64,000 nucleotides of DNA from Thermoplasmatales archaeon (GCA_027310185.1 DAIDBH010000013.1:20629-84628); one strand, 5' to 3'; shown: positions 30,768 to 41,124, numbered from the stretch's first letter. The notes: generated by a model from the sequence alone, not told the origin. Numbers and translations are program-made.

Positions 30768-31028
30768 TCAATTCTGCTGGTTTCTTAACATTTCTATGGT
30801 CAATTCACCATCTTTCTCTTCAAATTTTGTGATATCCATTGCATTCTGTGCAGCCAGGGATGAGAATATGTTTCTGTCATAGGGAAACTTTTCTTTCGTG
30901 AGAAGCATTCTCCCTTCCTGACCGGGTTCGAGCTCGATTTTCATGGCCTTAAATGCACTCTTGAGATACGTTAGTGGATCACCACCGCAACTTATGTATC
31001 TATAATCCTCCTCAATCATTTCTACCAC
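30768..31028 (-). CDS. TusA/SirA-like small protein
   Basis: D.R.ISCGGDP in place of D.RG..CP.P, then L.PGQ and C-terminal EE.DG...I; size fits the family. Confidence 0.55.
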   Translation of the reverse strand: MVEMIEEDYRYISCGGDPLTYLKSAFKAMKIELEPGQEGRMLLTKEKFPYDRNIFSSLAAQNAMDITKFEEKDGELTIEMLRNQQN

Positions 31029-31149
31029 CTAAATTGTACATGACATGTATATCTTCAAACTGAAAGAACATTTCTAAGTTATACTTACAACATCGCCCTT
31101 TTTCCGGATGAAGACAATTTCTTTTTATCTTTTGTAGTATCATGGTGAC

Positions 31150-32085
31150 GTGCAAGAAGCAATAGTTGTTGACGAACTTGTGAAATCTTATGATGGCAAG
31201 AAGCTCGCTGTTGACCATCTTTCTTTTAATGTCGGGAAAGGAGAAGTGTACGGCCTGCTTGGAAGAAACGGTGCTGGAAAGAGTACAACGATAAAGATTC
31301 TGACTACACTTATAGGATATGATTCAGGATTGGCAGAGGTTCTTGGCCTTGATGTTTTAAAAAATGGTACTGAAATCAGGAGGAGGATAGGAGTGGTACA
31401 ACAGGAAGAAGCCTTTGATTTCACGACTGTTGAGAATAACTTCAAACTGTACGGTATGATGTGGGAATTACCAAGGGAAGAGACTAAATCAAGGAAAGAA
31501 ATGCTGATGGATCTTTTTGATCTGAATGAACTTAGAAAGAAGAGGATGTACGACCTGAGTGGCGGCCAGAAGAAGAGGGTCCAGGTAGCAAGGGAATTCA
31601 TGCATGACATGGACGTATTCTTCCTTGATGAGCCAACTGTAGGCCTTGATCCCATAATGAGAAGGACAATACTGGATTATGTAAAATCCCAGGCGAAAAA
31701 GGGGATGACTGTACTATTCACAACACAGAATCTTGAAGAAGCGGACTATATCTGTGACAGGATAGGGATAGTTAATAACGGAAAGAAGGTGGCAGAGGGT
31801 ACATCATCAGATCTCAAGACAAAATATGGAGCATTGAGAACGCTGAAAATTGGTTATACCTCTGAGACATCAGTAAAGAAGGAAGACCTCATCTCCGGAA
31901 TTCAGGGTGGAAACATTACGGAAGTAGACATTACCAACAATGAGATCTTAGTGGTATCTGATAAGATAGAAACCATAGTAGGAAAATTACTTCAAAACTT
32001 ATCTGAAATGGGCATAAAATCTGATAAGATCATGATCGATAATCCAACTCTGGATGATGTGTTCATGAAGGTGGTTGAAAAATGA
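31150..32085 (+). CDS. ABC exporter ATP-binding subunit (DrrA-like)
   Basis: GRNGAGKST, LSGGQ, FLDEPTVGLD; GTG start after GGTGA. Confidence 0.93.
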   Translation: MQEAIVVDELVKSYDGKKLAVDHLSFNVGKGEVYGLLGRNGAGKSTTIKILTTLIGYDSGLAEVLGLDVLKNGTEIRRRIGVVQQEEAFDFTTVENNFKLYGMMWELPREETKSRKEMLMDLFDLNELRKKRMYDLSGGQKKRVQVAREFMHDMDVFFLDEPTVGLDPIMRRTILDYVKSQAKKGMTVLFTTQNLEEADYICDRIGIVNNGKKVAEGTSSDLKTKYGALRTLKIGYTSETSVKKEDLISGIQGGNITEVDITNNEILVVSDKIETIVGKLLQNLSEMGIKSDKIMIDNPTLDDVFMKVVEK

Positions 32086-32861
32086 AGATACCTGCTTTCC
32101 TTCGTCTTACCATAAGAAACATAATCGTGAATATTGATATTGGAACCCTGATATTCATGTTAGGCCTACCAACGCTCTATCTCTTTGTGATGGGGTTCAT
32201 GTTCCAGGGCATTGTGACTACTGGCGTTCCACTTCAATCAGGAGGATCAGTTTCATATACAACTTTCCTCGCTCCTGGAATCATAGCACTGGAGTCCTTC
32301 ACTGCAGGAAACATCGGAGGAAGCATGCTGTGGTCAGACAGGAGATGGGGGATGTTTGAAAGGATTATGGTTGGACCATTCAGGAGAATTGATTATCTTC
32401 TTGGGATAATAACAGTTTCAATAATTTTTGCGCTTGTGGGCTCCCTGATCATGCTTGGTTTTTCACTTCTCATCCCGATCTCAGTAATTGTAACTCCAGA
32501 AAGTATACTGCTGTCGGTGTTTGCAATTGTAGTTGGAACGATGTTGTTTTCATCTCTATTCCTCATAATATCGGGATTGTCCAAGTCAATGCAGGCATAC
32601 AACACGATCACAATAGTCCTGTTCTTCATGCTGGACTTTGCAAGCACCGCTTTCTATCCAATCACATCCACAACACCCCTTTGGCTGAGAACACTTTCAG
32701 GATCAAACCCACTGAGTTTCATTGCAAATATATTGAGAGATTCTCTTATTTCTACAGTTACCTCAGGAACATTCTTTTATGCCGGTGTGCTGCTGATAGT
32801 AATGCTGATATTTCTGGGTATTTCCCTCAGGATATACAAAAGTATCAGATCTGGTATTTAA
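32082..32861 (+). CDS. ABC-2 type permease
   Basis: FLAPGI, DRRWGMFERI...P, FYP....P.WL, NPLS. Confidence 0.9.
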   Translation: MKIPAFLRLTIRNIIVNIDIGTLIFMLGLPTLYLFVMGFMFQGIVTTGVPLQSGGSVSYTTFLAPGIIALESFTAGNIGGSMLWSDRRWGMFERIMVGPFRRIDYLLGIITVSIIFALVGSLIMLGFSLLIPISVIVTPESILLSVFAIVVGTMLFSSLFLIISGLSKSMQAYNTITIVLFFMLDFASTAFYPITSTTPLWLRTLSGSNPLSFIANILRDSLISTVTSGTFFYAGVLLIVMLIFLGISLRIYKSIRSGI

Positions 32862-32992
32862 TCAACAGTTTTATTCCAACCTCTTACAAACTATAATTTT
32901 TAAATCTTGATTCCAGCTTTATGACCTTTCCAAAATCTAAACTGTAAGGAAAAAATCCTAGAACAATAATTATTATTTAACATGTTCAATAA

Positions 32993-33064
32993 TGGACTGG
33001 AGGGGAATTGAACCCCTGGCCTCTTCCATGCCAAGGAAGCGATCTACCTCTGATCTACCAGCCC
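32993..33064 (-). tRNA. tRNA-Ala(GGC)
   Basis: GGGCTGG/CCAGTCC acceptor with G3:U70, CTTCC-TTGGCAT-GGAAG arm, GGTTCAATTCC. Confidence 0.97.
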
Positions 33065-33171
33065 TATAATCCCGATAATACTTCTTTGGTATAATATTTT
33101 AGTGTTATTTAGCGTTTTATATTTGGAGTCAACCATAATCTTTAATTAATTAATTATATTAGATGTTTTAA

Positions 33172-34749
33172 ATGCCTTTATTTTCTCCTACTAAAAAAAA
33201 GGAAAAGAAACCTGTTAGAAATGTACCAACCAAGAGAGAAGAAAGAATTTCTGAAGTTCCAGCGGTAGGAAAATACGAAATCCTTGACGAATACAATATC
33301 ATACCACAGACCGTGACAGTTGAGATTTCATGGAACCCAACAAGCATGGAATCCATATATATTGCTAATGAGCCTGTTCTGTCTTCAGATGAGGAAGTCC
33401 TGCTCAAGAAGATATCAAAGAACATGGAACAGATAGTTAAAAGTTCGAAAAATCTACCCGAGGATCTATCCCAGCTAACGATTGAGAAAGTCATAGACTC
33501 ATACCTGAGGGGTAGAAAGTATAAACTTAACAGAAGAACAGTGGACAAGATCAAGTATTTCATTAAGAGAAACTATGAGGGATATGGACCTCTTGAACCT
33601 GTTGTAAGGGATCCTTTGGTTGAGGATGTCTCCTGTAATGGAGTCGGTATTCCTGTATATGTGGAGCATAAAATACATGGCTCCCTGAAGACGAACATAG
33701 TTTTCGATAATGAAAAAGACCTTGATTCATATGTTGTCCGACTGGCACAGATGTGCGGGAAAGAAGTTTCCATGAATGAACCTATCATAGATGGTACTTT
33801 TCCTCAAGGACACAGGATTCAGTTGACTTTCGGCAATGAGATTTCTACGAAGGGTTCTGCGTTTACATTCAGGTTATTCAGGGAATCACCATTCACCCCT
33901 GTGGAACTGATAAAGTATGGTGCGGCAACCTCTGAACTTGTTACATATCTCTGGTTTGCTGTTGAAAATCTGAAATCTGCCATCATTGCCGGTGTTCCAG
34001 GAGTTGGGAAGACAAGCACCATAAATGCAATTCTCATGTTCATACCATCAAATACAAAGGTTTTCTCCATAGAGGAAACCAGGGAAATCAACATAATGCA
34101 TCAGAACTGGGTGGCAACTTCAACAAGGGAAAGTATCTATTCCACTGCCAATGGTGATTCAAAGAATCCTCCCATAGGCATGTTTGAACTTGTAAAGATG
34201 GCAATGAGGCAGAGGCCCACATATATCGTGCTTGGGGAAATAAGGGGAAGAGAGTCTTATTCCCTATTTCAGGCCATTTCAACGGGGCACACTGCATATT
34301 CAACAATTCACGCAGACTCCATGGAGACCCTTGTAAATAGGCTGGAATCAAATCCACTAAATATTCCAAGAGTACTTATCGGTGCACTTAACATTGTGAT
34401 ATTCAATAAATTCGTAAGGGTCGGAAGCAGGAATATGAGAAAGTTGATGGAGATTGACGAAATTGTGGGAACAGATCAGGATTCTGGAGAGATAATGTAT
34501 AATAAGGTATTTTCCTATGATTTCAACCAGAATGAACAGGTATTTTCAGGATTCAGCAAGATCCTGAACGAGATACGGGATACTAAACAGTGGACCCAGG
34601 AAGAAATGAACTTTGAGTTTGAGAGACGCAGGGCTCTGCTGGATGGAATGGTCAAAAATAACATAACGGATTATACGAATATTACAAGGATAATCAATAT
34701 ATATTATAAAGATCCTGAAACAGCAATGAAGATGGCGAGTGGTATATGA
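33172..34749 (+). CDS. Type II/IV secretion (VirB11/TadA/ArlI-like) ATPase 1
   Basis: EDVSCNG, GVPGVGKT, SIEETREI, MRQRPTYIVLGEIRG, TGH....TIHA. Confidence 0.93.
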   Translation: MPLFSPTKKKEKKPVRNVPTKREERISEVPAVGKYEILDEYNIIPQTVTVEISWNPTSMESIYIANEPVLSSDEEVLLKKISKNMEQIVKSSKNLPEDLSQLTIEKVIDSYLRGRKYKLNRRTVDKIKYFIKRNYEGYGPLEPVVRDPLVEDVSCNGVGIPVYVEHKIHGSLKTNIVFDNEKDLDSYVVRLAQMCGKEVSMNEPIIDGTFPQGHRIQLTFGNEISTKGSAFTFRLFRESPFTPVELIKYGAATSELVTYLWFAVENLKSAIIAGVPGVGKTSTINAILMFIPSNTKVFSIEETREINIMHQNWVATSTRESIYSTANGDSKNPPIGMFELVKMAMRQRPTYIVLGEIRGRESYSLFQAISTGHTAYSTIHADSMETLVNRLESNPLNIPRVLIGALNIVIFNKFVRVGSRNMRKLMEIDEIVGTDQDSGEIMYNKVFSYDFNQNEQVFSGFSKILNEIRDTKQWTQEEMNFEFERRRALLDGMVKNNITDYTNITRIINIYYKDPETAMKMASGI

Positions 34750-35720
34750 TGCATAAAAGCCAGGACATACAGATCAAGAAGGAAAACAAGGGTAACGGCT
34801 TCCTGTCAAACCTGAACAAGAAGTTGAATCCTAAACCCGTAAAAGTGGTCATTCCAGCACCTACCATATTTGATGTCTTCTCTGTCAGGGTGTTCGGCCA
34901 TCTCGTAGAAAGATATGTTCAGACAGAAAAGATGGATGAGAGCCTTAGGAAGGCTAAAATGCCTATAGATGCAATAGAGTATTATTCCAGAGGAATAATG
35001 ATAGCAGTCATATTCATGGTTGTGAGCTTTGTAGTGGTGAATATATTTTCACTGCAATTTCCTTCTTATACCTATCTATCCTTTGCATTCTGGTTCCTTG
35101 CAGTGATAGTATATTTTGCGGTCATGGCAGGATATCCGAATTCAATTGCGGGTACGCGTAGAAAAAAGATCGATGCGGTACTGCCGCTGGCCATGGGTTA
35201 TATCGCAACTATGGCCTCTGCAGACATGCCTGTTGAGAACATAATGTATGAACTTTCTAACAGTACGGAGTATGGTGAACTGGCAAGGGAGGCAAAGAGT
35301 ATAGCAGTATCCACAAGGCTTTTTGGGGAGGACATTATAAATGCAGTTAAAGACGGTGCAGCAAATTCTCCCTCCCAGAGGCTCTCAGAATTTTTCCAGG
35401 GGATAATAACCACCCTCACATCAGGCGGTGACCTGAAGAGCTATTTCAAGGATAAGGCTGTACAGTACCAGACTGAGCTAAGCACACTTATCAAAAGGAA
35501 CACAGAATCTCTTTCAGTTCTTGCTGAGAGTTATATAATTGTAGGAATAATGTTTCCGCTCATACTGATGGTCATCATAGGTACTGTAACTTCCGTTATA
35601 CCGGGAGAAGGGGCGCTGACAGATACGGTGCTGTACCTGATAGTGTTCCTTATAATCCCCATTATAGCCATTATGTTTGCGCTGATCCTTAGTAGCACCA
35701 TAGGTGAGGTGGACGTATGA
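34746..35720 (+). CDS. TadC/T2SS-F-like membrane platform protein 1
   Basis: ID..LP....Y...MAS, YGELARE, SPS..L.EF......SGGDL..YF; TM segments. Confidence 0.88.
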   Translation: MMHKSQDIQIKKENKGNGFLSNLNKKLNPKPVKVVIPAPTIFDVFSVRVFGHLVERYVQTEKMDESLRKAKMPIDAIEYYSRGIMIAVIFMVVSFVVVNIFSLQFPSYTYLSFAFWFLAVIVYFAVMAGYPNSIAGTRRKKIDAVLPLAMGYIATMASADMPVENIMYELSNSTEYGELAREAKSIAVSTRLFGEDIINAVKDGAANSPSQRLSEFFQGIITTLTSGGDLKSYFKDKAVQYQTELSTLIKRNTESLSVLAESYIIVGIMFPLILMVIIGTVTSVIPGEGALTDTVLYLIVFLIIPIIAIMFALILSSTIGEVDV

Positions 35721-36571
35721 AGGGCGAAATCGGAGGAATTGAGCTAAGGTATGTGGCACTTGCAGGCTCTGTCCTGACAATATTTATCCTGTTCTTCACT
35801 GGATATTTCTTCAAGATAAATGATCTGAATCCGCTGGTTCATCCACTAACATTATCTTCCATAGCAATGGTGATACTGTTCTTTCCATTTGGTCTTGCAG
35901 ATTTTGCCAGAGTGAAGAGGATAGAGGAGGCAGAAAGAAGGCTGCCGGATTTCCTCAGGGATCTGGCGGGACATACAAATTTTGGAACTCCAATGTCAGA
36001 AGCCATACTCAGATCGGCTGAAAATAAGTATGGCCCACTATCCATTGAGATTGAACATCTGGCTGGAATGGTCAAGCTTGGAATACCGGTAGAAACTGCC
36101 CTGAATGACTTTGGAAAGAGACTGAAATCGCCATCAATAATAAGGGTTGGAAAGATCATAAAGAAGGCCAGTGAATCAGGCAGCAATACGTCTGATGTCA
36201 TATCCCTCGTATCAAGTTTCACGACCCAGACCTATTTAATGAGGGAGAGCAGATTTGCAGATATGAGAAGTTATTCAACCACCCTTGCAACTTCATTCGG
36301 TGTCTTCCTTTTCGTTATAGTAATGCTGGATACATTTTTCTTCCCACAGATTGCAGGTGGAGGCCTGAGCGGCGGTGGTGTGCTGAATCTTGCTTCGTCT
36401 TCCTATGGATTGATAGAAAAGCTATTCTCAGCTGGTGTCATAGTTCAAAGTGCTGCAAGTGGTCTCATATCTGGAGTTTTCAGGGATGGCAGGCTAACAT
36501 CTGGAGCCATGATGTCAGGCGTGCTTGTTCTGATAAGTATAATGGTTCTTGCTGTAATAGGGGTGCTCTAA
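35717..36571 (+). CDS. TadC/T2SS-F-like membrane platform protein 2
   Basis: ERRLPDFLRDLA....G, YGPLS.E, ALNDFGKR, ESG; TM segments. Confidence 0.88.
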   Translation: MKGEIGGIELRYVALAGSVLTIFILFFTGYFFKINDLNPLVHPLTLSSIAMVILFFPFGLADFARVKRIEEAERRLPDFLRDLAGHTNFGTPMSEAILRSAENKYGPLSIEIEHLAGMVKLGIPVETALNDFGKRLKSPSIIRVGKIIKKASESGSNTSDVISLVSSFTTQTYLMRESRFADMRSYSTTLATSFGVFLFVIVMLDTFFFPQIAGGGLSGGGVLNLASSSYGLIEKLFSAGVIVQSAASGLISGVFRDGRLTSGAMMSGVLVLISIMVLAVIGVL

Positions 36572-38161
36572 ATGGCGTTATTTTCCAAAACAAAGAAGAA
36601 GAAGACTAAGAAGAGGAAATTCCTCAGCAGGCAGGTTATAACTCCTGTCAGGACTGTGAAGAGGACTAACGAGGATAAGTTCTTTCAGGAATTGATACCT
36701 GGTACTGTATTCTCAAGGGTATATTTTGACAGGGGTGCTACCATATTCAGGTATGAGGTCAATGAACCTGAGGTGAGGGAAAGGGTCGCCAAATTGTATG
36801 CTAAATACAGGAATGAATTCATCGCATCCATCACTGATCCGGAAATGTATAACATAAGTGTGCTGACGAAGGAGGATGCAGTGGAACAGTTCACAAAAGC
36901 CCTGAGAATGACAAATTCATTCACGCCTGATGAAATGGACAGCCTGACATACTATGTAGAGAGGGACATAAAGGGATTCGGAAAAATAGACCCGATTATG
37001 AGGGATGCCAATATAGAGGATATTTCATGCGATGCTCCTGGTGTTCCTGTGTTCGTTTATCATAAGGCCTTCGGTTTCATTCCGACCAATATAATATATG
37101 AAGATGTTGATGAACTTGAAACCTTCGTTAAGAAGATGCTTCAGGATGTTGGAAGGCACATATCCATATCAAACCCCATTGTAGATGCAACACTGGAGGA
37201 TGGCTCCAGGATTTCTGCCTCAATTGGAAAATACATAACAAACAAGGGATCTTCCTTTACCATAAGAAAATTCAAGGAAGAACCGCTGACACCACTTGAT
37301 CTAATCCAGAGATCACTATGTAACACCAGGGTGTTTGCCTATTTCTGGCTTCTTACTGAATATGGCGGGAACGTTATGGTAGTTGGTGGGACTGCAACAG
37401 GTAAAACAACCCTCATGAACGCAATACTACTCTTCATACCAGCGCAGAAGAAGATAGTTTCCATAGAAGATACCAGGGAAATCAATCTAGTCCACGAAAA
37501 CTGGGTTCCTATGGTAACGAGGACAGGATATGGCAAGCTTGATCCTGAAACGGGAAAGAGGGCAGGAGAGATAGATATGTTTGATCTGCTCACTGTGACC
37601 ATGAGACAGAGACCCAGCTATGTGATTGTTGGAGAAGTTAGAGGTGCTGAAGCGTTCACACTATTTCAGGCAATGTCCATTGGAAGGTATGTCTATGGAA
37701 CTTTCCATGCCGACGATATTAGCACATTCATTCACAGGATGGAGTCAAAACCGATAAACATTCCAAGAAATCTGCTTCTAACACTTGATGTTGCAGTAAT
37801 ACTTCAGAATGTAACTGATGACAGGGGATCAAGGAGAAGAATAAGAACAATATCTGAAATAGCTGGCCAGGACAGTATTTCAAAGGACATACTTATCAAT
37901 AACGCATTCATACTCAACGAACAGTCCGATACCCAGAACTACTCCGGCTTCAGTTATGCCATAAAGAAGATAGCTGAAAAAGAGGGAAAGTTTGAGGACG
38001 AACTTGAAAAAGAGATCGATCTGAGGGCAAGGATACTGGACAAGATGATAGAGAAGGGAATTTCAAATTACAAGGACTTCTACTATATGGTAAACCAGTT
38101 CTACAAGGACAGGAGAAGGGTTTTCCAGTCTCTTGATATGACAGAAGAAATTCAGGTTTGA
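36572..38161 (+). CDS. Type II/IV secretion ATPase 2
   Basis: IEDISCD, GGTATGKTT, SIEDTREI, MRQRPSYVIVGEVRG.EA. Confidence 0.93.
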   Translation: MALFSKTKKKKTKKRKFLSRQVITPVRTVKRTNEDKFFQELIPGTVFSRVYFDRGATIFRYEVNEPEVRERVAKLYAKYRNEFIASITDPEMYNISVLTKEDAVEQFTKALRMTNSFTPDEMDSLTYYVERDIKGFGKIDPIMRDANIEDISCDAPGVPVFVYHKAFGFIPTNIIYEDVDELETFVKKMLQDVGRHISISNPIVDATLEDGSRISASIGKYITNKGSSFTIRKFKEEPLTPLDLIQRSLCNTRVFAYFWLLTEYGGNVMVVGGTATGKTTLMNAILLFIPAQKKIVSIEDTREINLVHENWVPMVTRTGYGKLDPETGKRAGEIDMFDLLTVTMRQRPSYVIVGEVRGAEAFTLFQAMSIGRYVYGTFHADDISTFIHRMESKPINIPRNLLLTLDVAVILQNVTDDRGSRRRIRTISEIAGQDSISKDILINNAFILNEQSDTQNYSGFSYAIKKIAEKEGKFEDELEKEIDLRARILDKMIEKGISNYKDFYYMVNQFYKDRRRVFQSLDMTEEIQV

Positions 38162-39441
38162 GTGGCATCCTGTGGCAATAATCTCCCTGCCACTATTGGC
38201 AGGTAGATTGTCTGCAAGAGGATTGATATCAGTACAATGAAAGTAACATCAATTTCAAGAACAAGTCCCCATTTTAGCAATAGAGCATTACCGGAGAGCA
38301 GTCCTATTGAGTATGGAACGGCTCCCTCCACCACAGAAACCACCCCACGGGGACCGGAAAGTGCTATGAAAGTTTTTGTTCTCCAGCTCTTTGCTGGACC
38401 CTTATTCTTTGATCTTCCCGGAGGTAATGATATGAAGACTGCCATTGGTCTTACAACAAATATAACTATAAGCGTCAGGATGAAACCCTGCAGCAGGTAA
38501 CCGGTAATATCTCCTATTGTTATGAGACTCCCAACTAGAATGAAAATTATACCCTGGGCAAGAAATGAGAGATTTTCCTGGAAGTTTGATTCCCTTGACC
38601 AGAATATGCTCTTGTCTGTAAATGTCCCGACAATGGCACCTGTTGCAATGATTGCTGGGAAGGGAGTGATTCCTATGCCATAGAGAACAGTGAGTTCAAA
38701 AAGAACCACACCAAGAAGCAGGCCAACGATGAGATTCTCAAAATTCAGGTATTTGTTGAGATATATAATCCCGAAACCCATGATAACCCCAAATACCGAT
38801 GGAACTGCTATCTGGATCACCAGGAACAATGGAATGCCTCCTATCAATCCCACAGCACCGGTAACGCTGTTGAAAAGCGTTGAGTAGGATGAGCCTGAGT
38901 AGATGAATGATATTGCAAGTGTGACAAGAATAATAGCCAGTGGATCGTTGAAAAGGCTCTCCCCTATAAGAGTTCCAGAGTAATCATCCTTTATCTTGAT
39001 TTTCCTGAACAGTGGGATCAGTGTTGAAGGATCTGTTGGAGATATTATTGCTCCAAACAGGAATCCAATCAGGAACGGGGCGCCTGTAAGCAGGGAAAAG
39101 AATATGCCTGCAACTACCGAGGTAACAACCATACCAACCGTATTCAGGGATATGATGTTAAGCAGGAACTTCCTTATTACCCTGAAATTTATGTTGTGGC
39201 TCTCGTAATACAGGATGATCACCAATCCAAGTATGCCAACACCAAATCCCGCGAAATCCTGAATCATATACTCTGCAAAGCTGTGATTAATGACTCCAAG
39301 ACCGGGTCCAAAAAGTAGTCCCAGTGAGATCAATATTGGAATTTCTACCAGGGATACCTTCCTTGCTATAGGAATAGAAAAAGATGCTATCACCAGTAAA
39401 AGGCTGAGTTGAATGAAGTCCTTACTTTCAAATGTCAGCAT
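38152..39441 (-). CDS. Cation:proton antiporter (CPA1/NhaP)
   Basis: ISPTDP, GESLFND, GPRGVVS. Confidence 0.92.
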   Translation of the reverse strand: MLTFESKDFIQLSLLLVIASFSIPIARKVSLVEIPILISLGLLFGPGLGVINHSFAEYMIQDFAGFGVGILGLVIILYYESHNINFRVIRKFLLNIISLNTVGMVVTSVVAGIFFSLLTGAPFLIGFLFGAIISPTDPSTLIPLFRKIKIKDDYSGTLIGESLFNDPLAIILVTLAISFIYSGSSYSTLFNSVTGAVGLIGGIPLFLVIQIAVPSVFGVIMGFGIIYLNKYLNFENLIVGLLLGVVLFELTVLYGIGITPFPAIIATGAIVGTFTDKSIFWSRESNFQENLSFLAQGIIFILVGSLITIGDITGYLLQGFILTLIVIFVVRPMAVFISLPPGRSKNKGPAKSWRTKTFIALSGPRGVVSVVEGAVPYSIGLLSGNALLLKWGLVLEIDVTFIVLISILLQTIYLPIVAGRLLPQDATQT

Positions 39442-39443
39442 TT

Positions 39444-40166
39444 CTAATCTGTTTCCGGACCCCTTGGAAGATTTCTCTTGTGCATACTTGCCTCATACAG
39501 GGATTTAACCCGCTTCCCAACTTCGTTGTCCTGGAACCGTCCATTCCTGATGAAATAATCTACCTCCCTGTCAATTATTGAATAAGAAAAACCAAGCTCC
39601 CTCTCATCAGTCTGGTCTTTCCATAAACCTGCACTTGGAGGTTTCCGGATTATGCTTTCCGGGACACCCATCTCCGTGGATAGTTCCCTTACCTGTGTCT
39701 TTGTAAGCCCTATGATGGGTTCCACGTCGCATCCACCATCGCCGAATTTGGTAAAATAGCCCGTCACATATTCGGTCAGGTTTGTTGTTCCCACAACCAT
39801 TCCGTTGTTCAAATTCGAGTAATAATAAAGCACAGTCATCCTGATTCTAGATTTCACATTTCCGAGAGATTTCATGTCCTTTATTTCTAGAAGATTGCTG
39901 AATGACTTGACTATGTTCTCTATGTATACTGTTTTTATCTCAATACCGGAAGCTTTCTCCAGGGCTATTATATCATTTAGATCATTCTGGCTTACAGACG
40001 ATTCTGGAAGGAATATGGGTATTATTTTTTCCCTGGGGATGGAACGAGCAAGCAACATGAGTACTAGTGAACTGTCAATTCCACTGCTAACACCTAAAAT
40101 TGCGGGTTTATCGTTCAGTGAAGATTTTAGAAAGTTAATTAATTTTTCCTTCTCAGATAGAGCCAT
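39444..40166 (-). CDS. nadE: NH3-dependent NAD+ synthetase
   Basis: SSGIDS, GNVKSRIRM, GYFTKFGDG, PPSAGLW..QTDE.ELG. Confidence 0.95.
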   Translation of the reverse strand: MALSEKEKLINFLKSSLNDKPAILGVSSGIDSSLVLMLLARSIPREKIIPIFLPESSVSQNDLNDIIALEKASGIEIKTVYIENIVKSFSNLLEIKDMKSLGNVKSRIRMTVLYYYSNLNNGMVVGTTNLTEYVTGYFTKFGDGGCDVEPIIGLTKTQVRELSTEMGVPESIIRKPPSAGLWKDQTDERELGFSYSIIDREVDYFIRNGRFQDNEVGKRVKSLYEASMHKRNLPRGPETD

Positions 40167-40245
40167 GAAAAAGATATTAACTAACCAGTTAATTAATTAT
40201 CCGTTGAATTTCTATACTACAAAAATATTTCACTTATGGGAAAGA

Positions 40246-41115
40246 TCAGAAATTGAGTCTCTCCTCAATCCTGTCTATGGATGCCTTCATCATGTTGCTG
40301 AATAATACCGATGTTGTTACTGGACCCACTCCACCCGGCACCGGTGTCACAAAAGCTGCTTTGCCTGATATTGAGTTGAAATCAACATCTCCCACAATAT
40401 TCCCCCCAACCTCAGTTGTACCAATATCTATGAGTGAAACACCCTCTGATATGTAACTCGCATCTATATAGCCCGGTTTTCCTATTGCAGATACAATTAT
40501 ATCACTTGATTTTGTAATTTCCTTCAGATTACGTGTTTTACTGTGACAGACAGTTACTGTAAAATCCTTATTCAGGAGTGCCATTGCAAGTGGTCTTCCT
40601 ACTATTGTTGACCGGTTTATGATGCACACATCCTTATAGTGATCTTCACCCAGGCTCAGTATTATGCGTAATGCTGCATCAGCTGTCGCTGGAAGGATAT
40701 ACGGATATCCGATCATGTTCTTTCCCTGGGATTTTATTGATATTCCTTCAATATCCAGATATTCCGGGATTATCTGTTCTATGTAGAATGAATCCAGCCA
40801 GTATGGATAGGGTCGTTCCACTATTATTCCATCTGGATTGACCTCAGAAATTATGTTTTCCATTATTTCAAGTGGATTCCCATTTGAACCTGGTGAATTC
40901 AGGAAGAGTGGGAAAGTTTCTATTCCAAGCCTGTCAGCCTTCCGGATCTTGCTCCTTCCGTATACCTTTGTTTCTTCACTCTGCGTTGGATCTATTATGA
41001 GAAGCTTTGGTTTTCTGCCCTGTATGCTGACAAATCTCTCCACTAGCTTTTCAGTTTCCCTGTCTATGTTCCCTGAGAATGCCTTCCCATTAAAGATATC
41101 TGTTTTCATTACCAT
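40246..41115 (-). CDS. folD: Methylene-THF dehydrogenase/cyclohydrolase
   Basis: Y...K, RSTIVGRP, TVTVCHSKT, GDVDF, TPVPGGVGPVT. Confidence 0.93.
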   Translation of the reverse strand: MVMKTDIFNGKAFSGNIDRETEKLVERFVSIQGRKPKLLIIDPTQSEETKVYGRSKIRKADRLGIETFPLFLNSPGSNGNPLEIMENIISEVNPDGIIVERPYPYWLDSFYIEQIIPEYLDIEGISIKSQGKNMIGYPYILPATADAALRIILSLGEDHYKDVCIINRSTIVGRPLAMALLNKDFTVTVCHSKTRNLKEITKSSDIIVSAIGKPGYIDASYISEGVSLIDIGTTEVGGNIVGDVDFNSISGKAAFVTPVPGGVGPVTTSVLFSNMMKASIDRIEERLNF

Positions 41116-41124
41116 TCCTGCATC

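Noticed and set aside
33172-38161. Archaellum (arlI/arlJ) operon
   Set aside because: No archaellin, arlH or arlF/G; membrane proteins are split TadC-sized rather than ArlJ-sized
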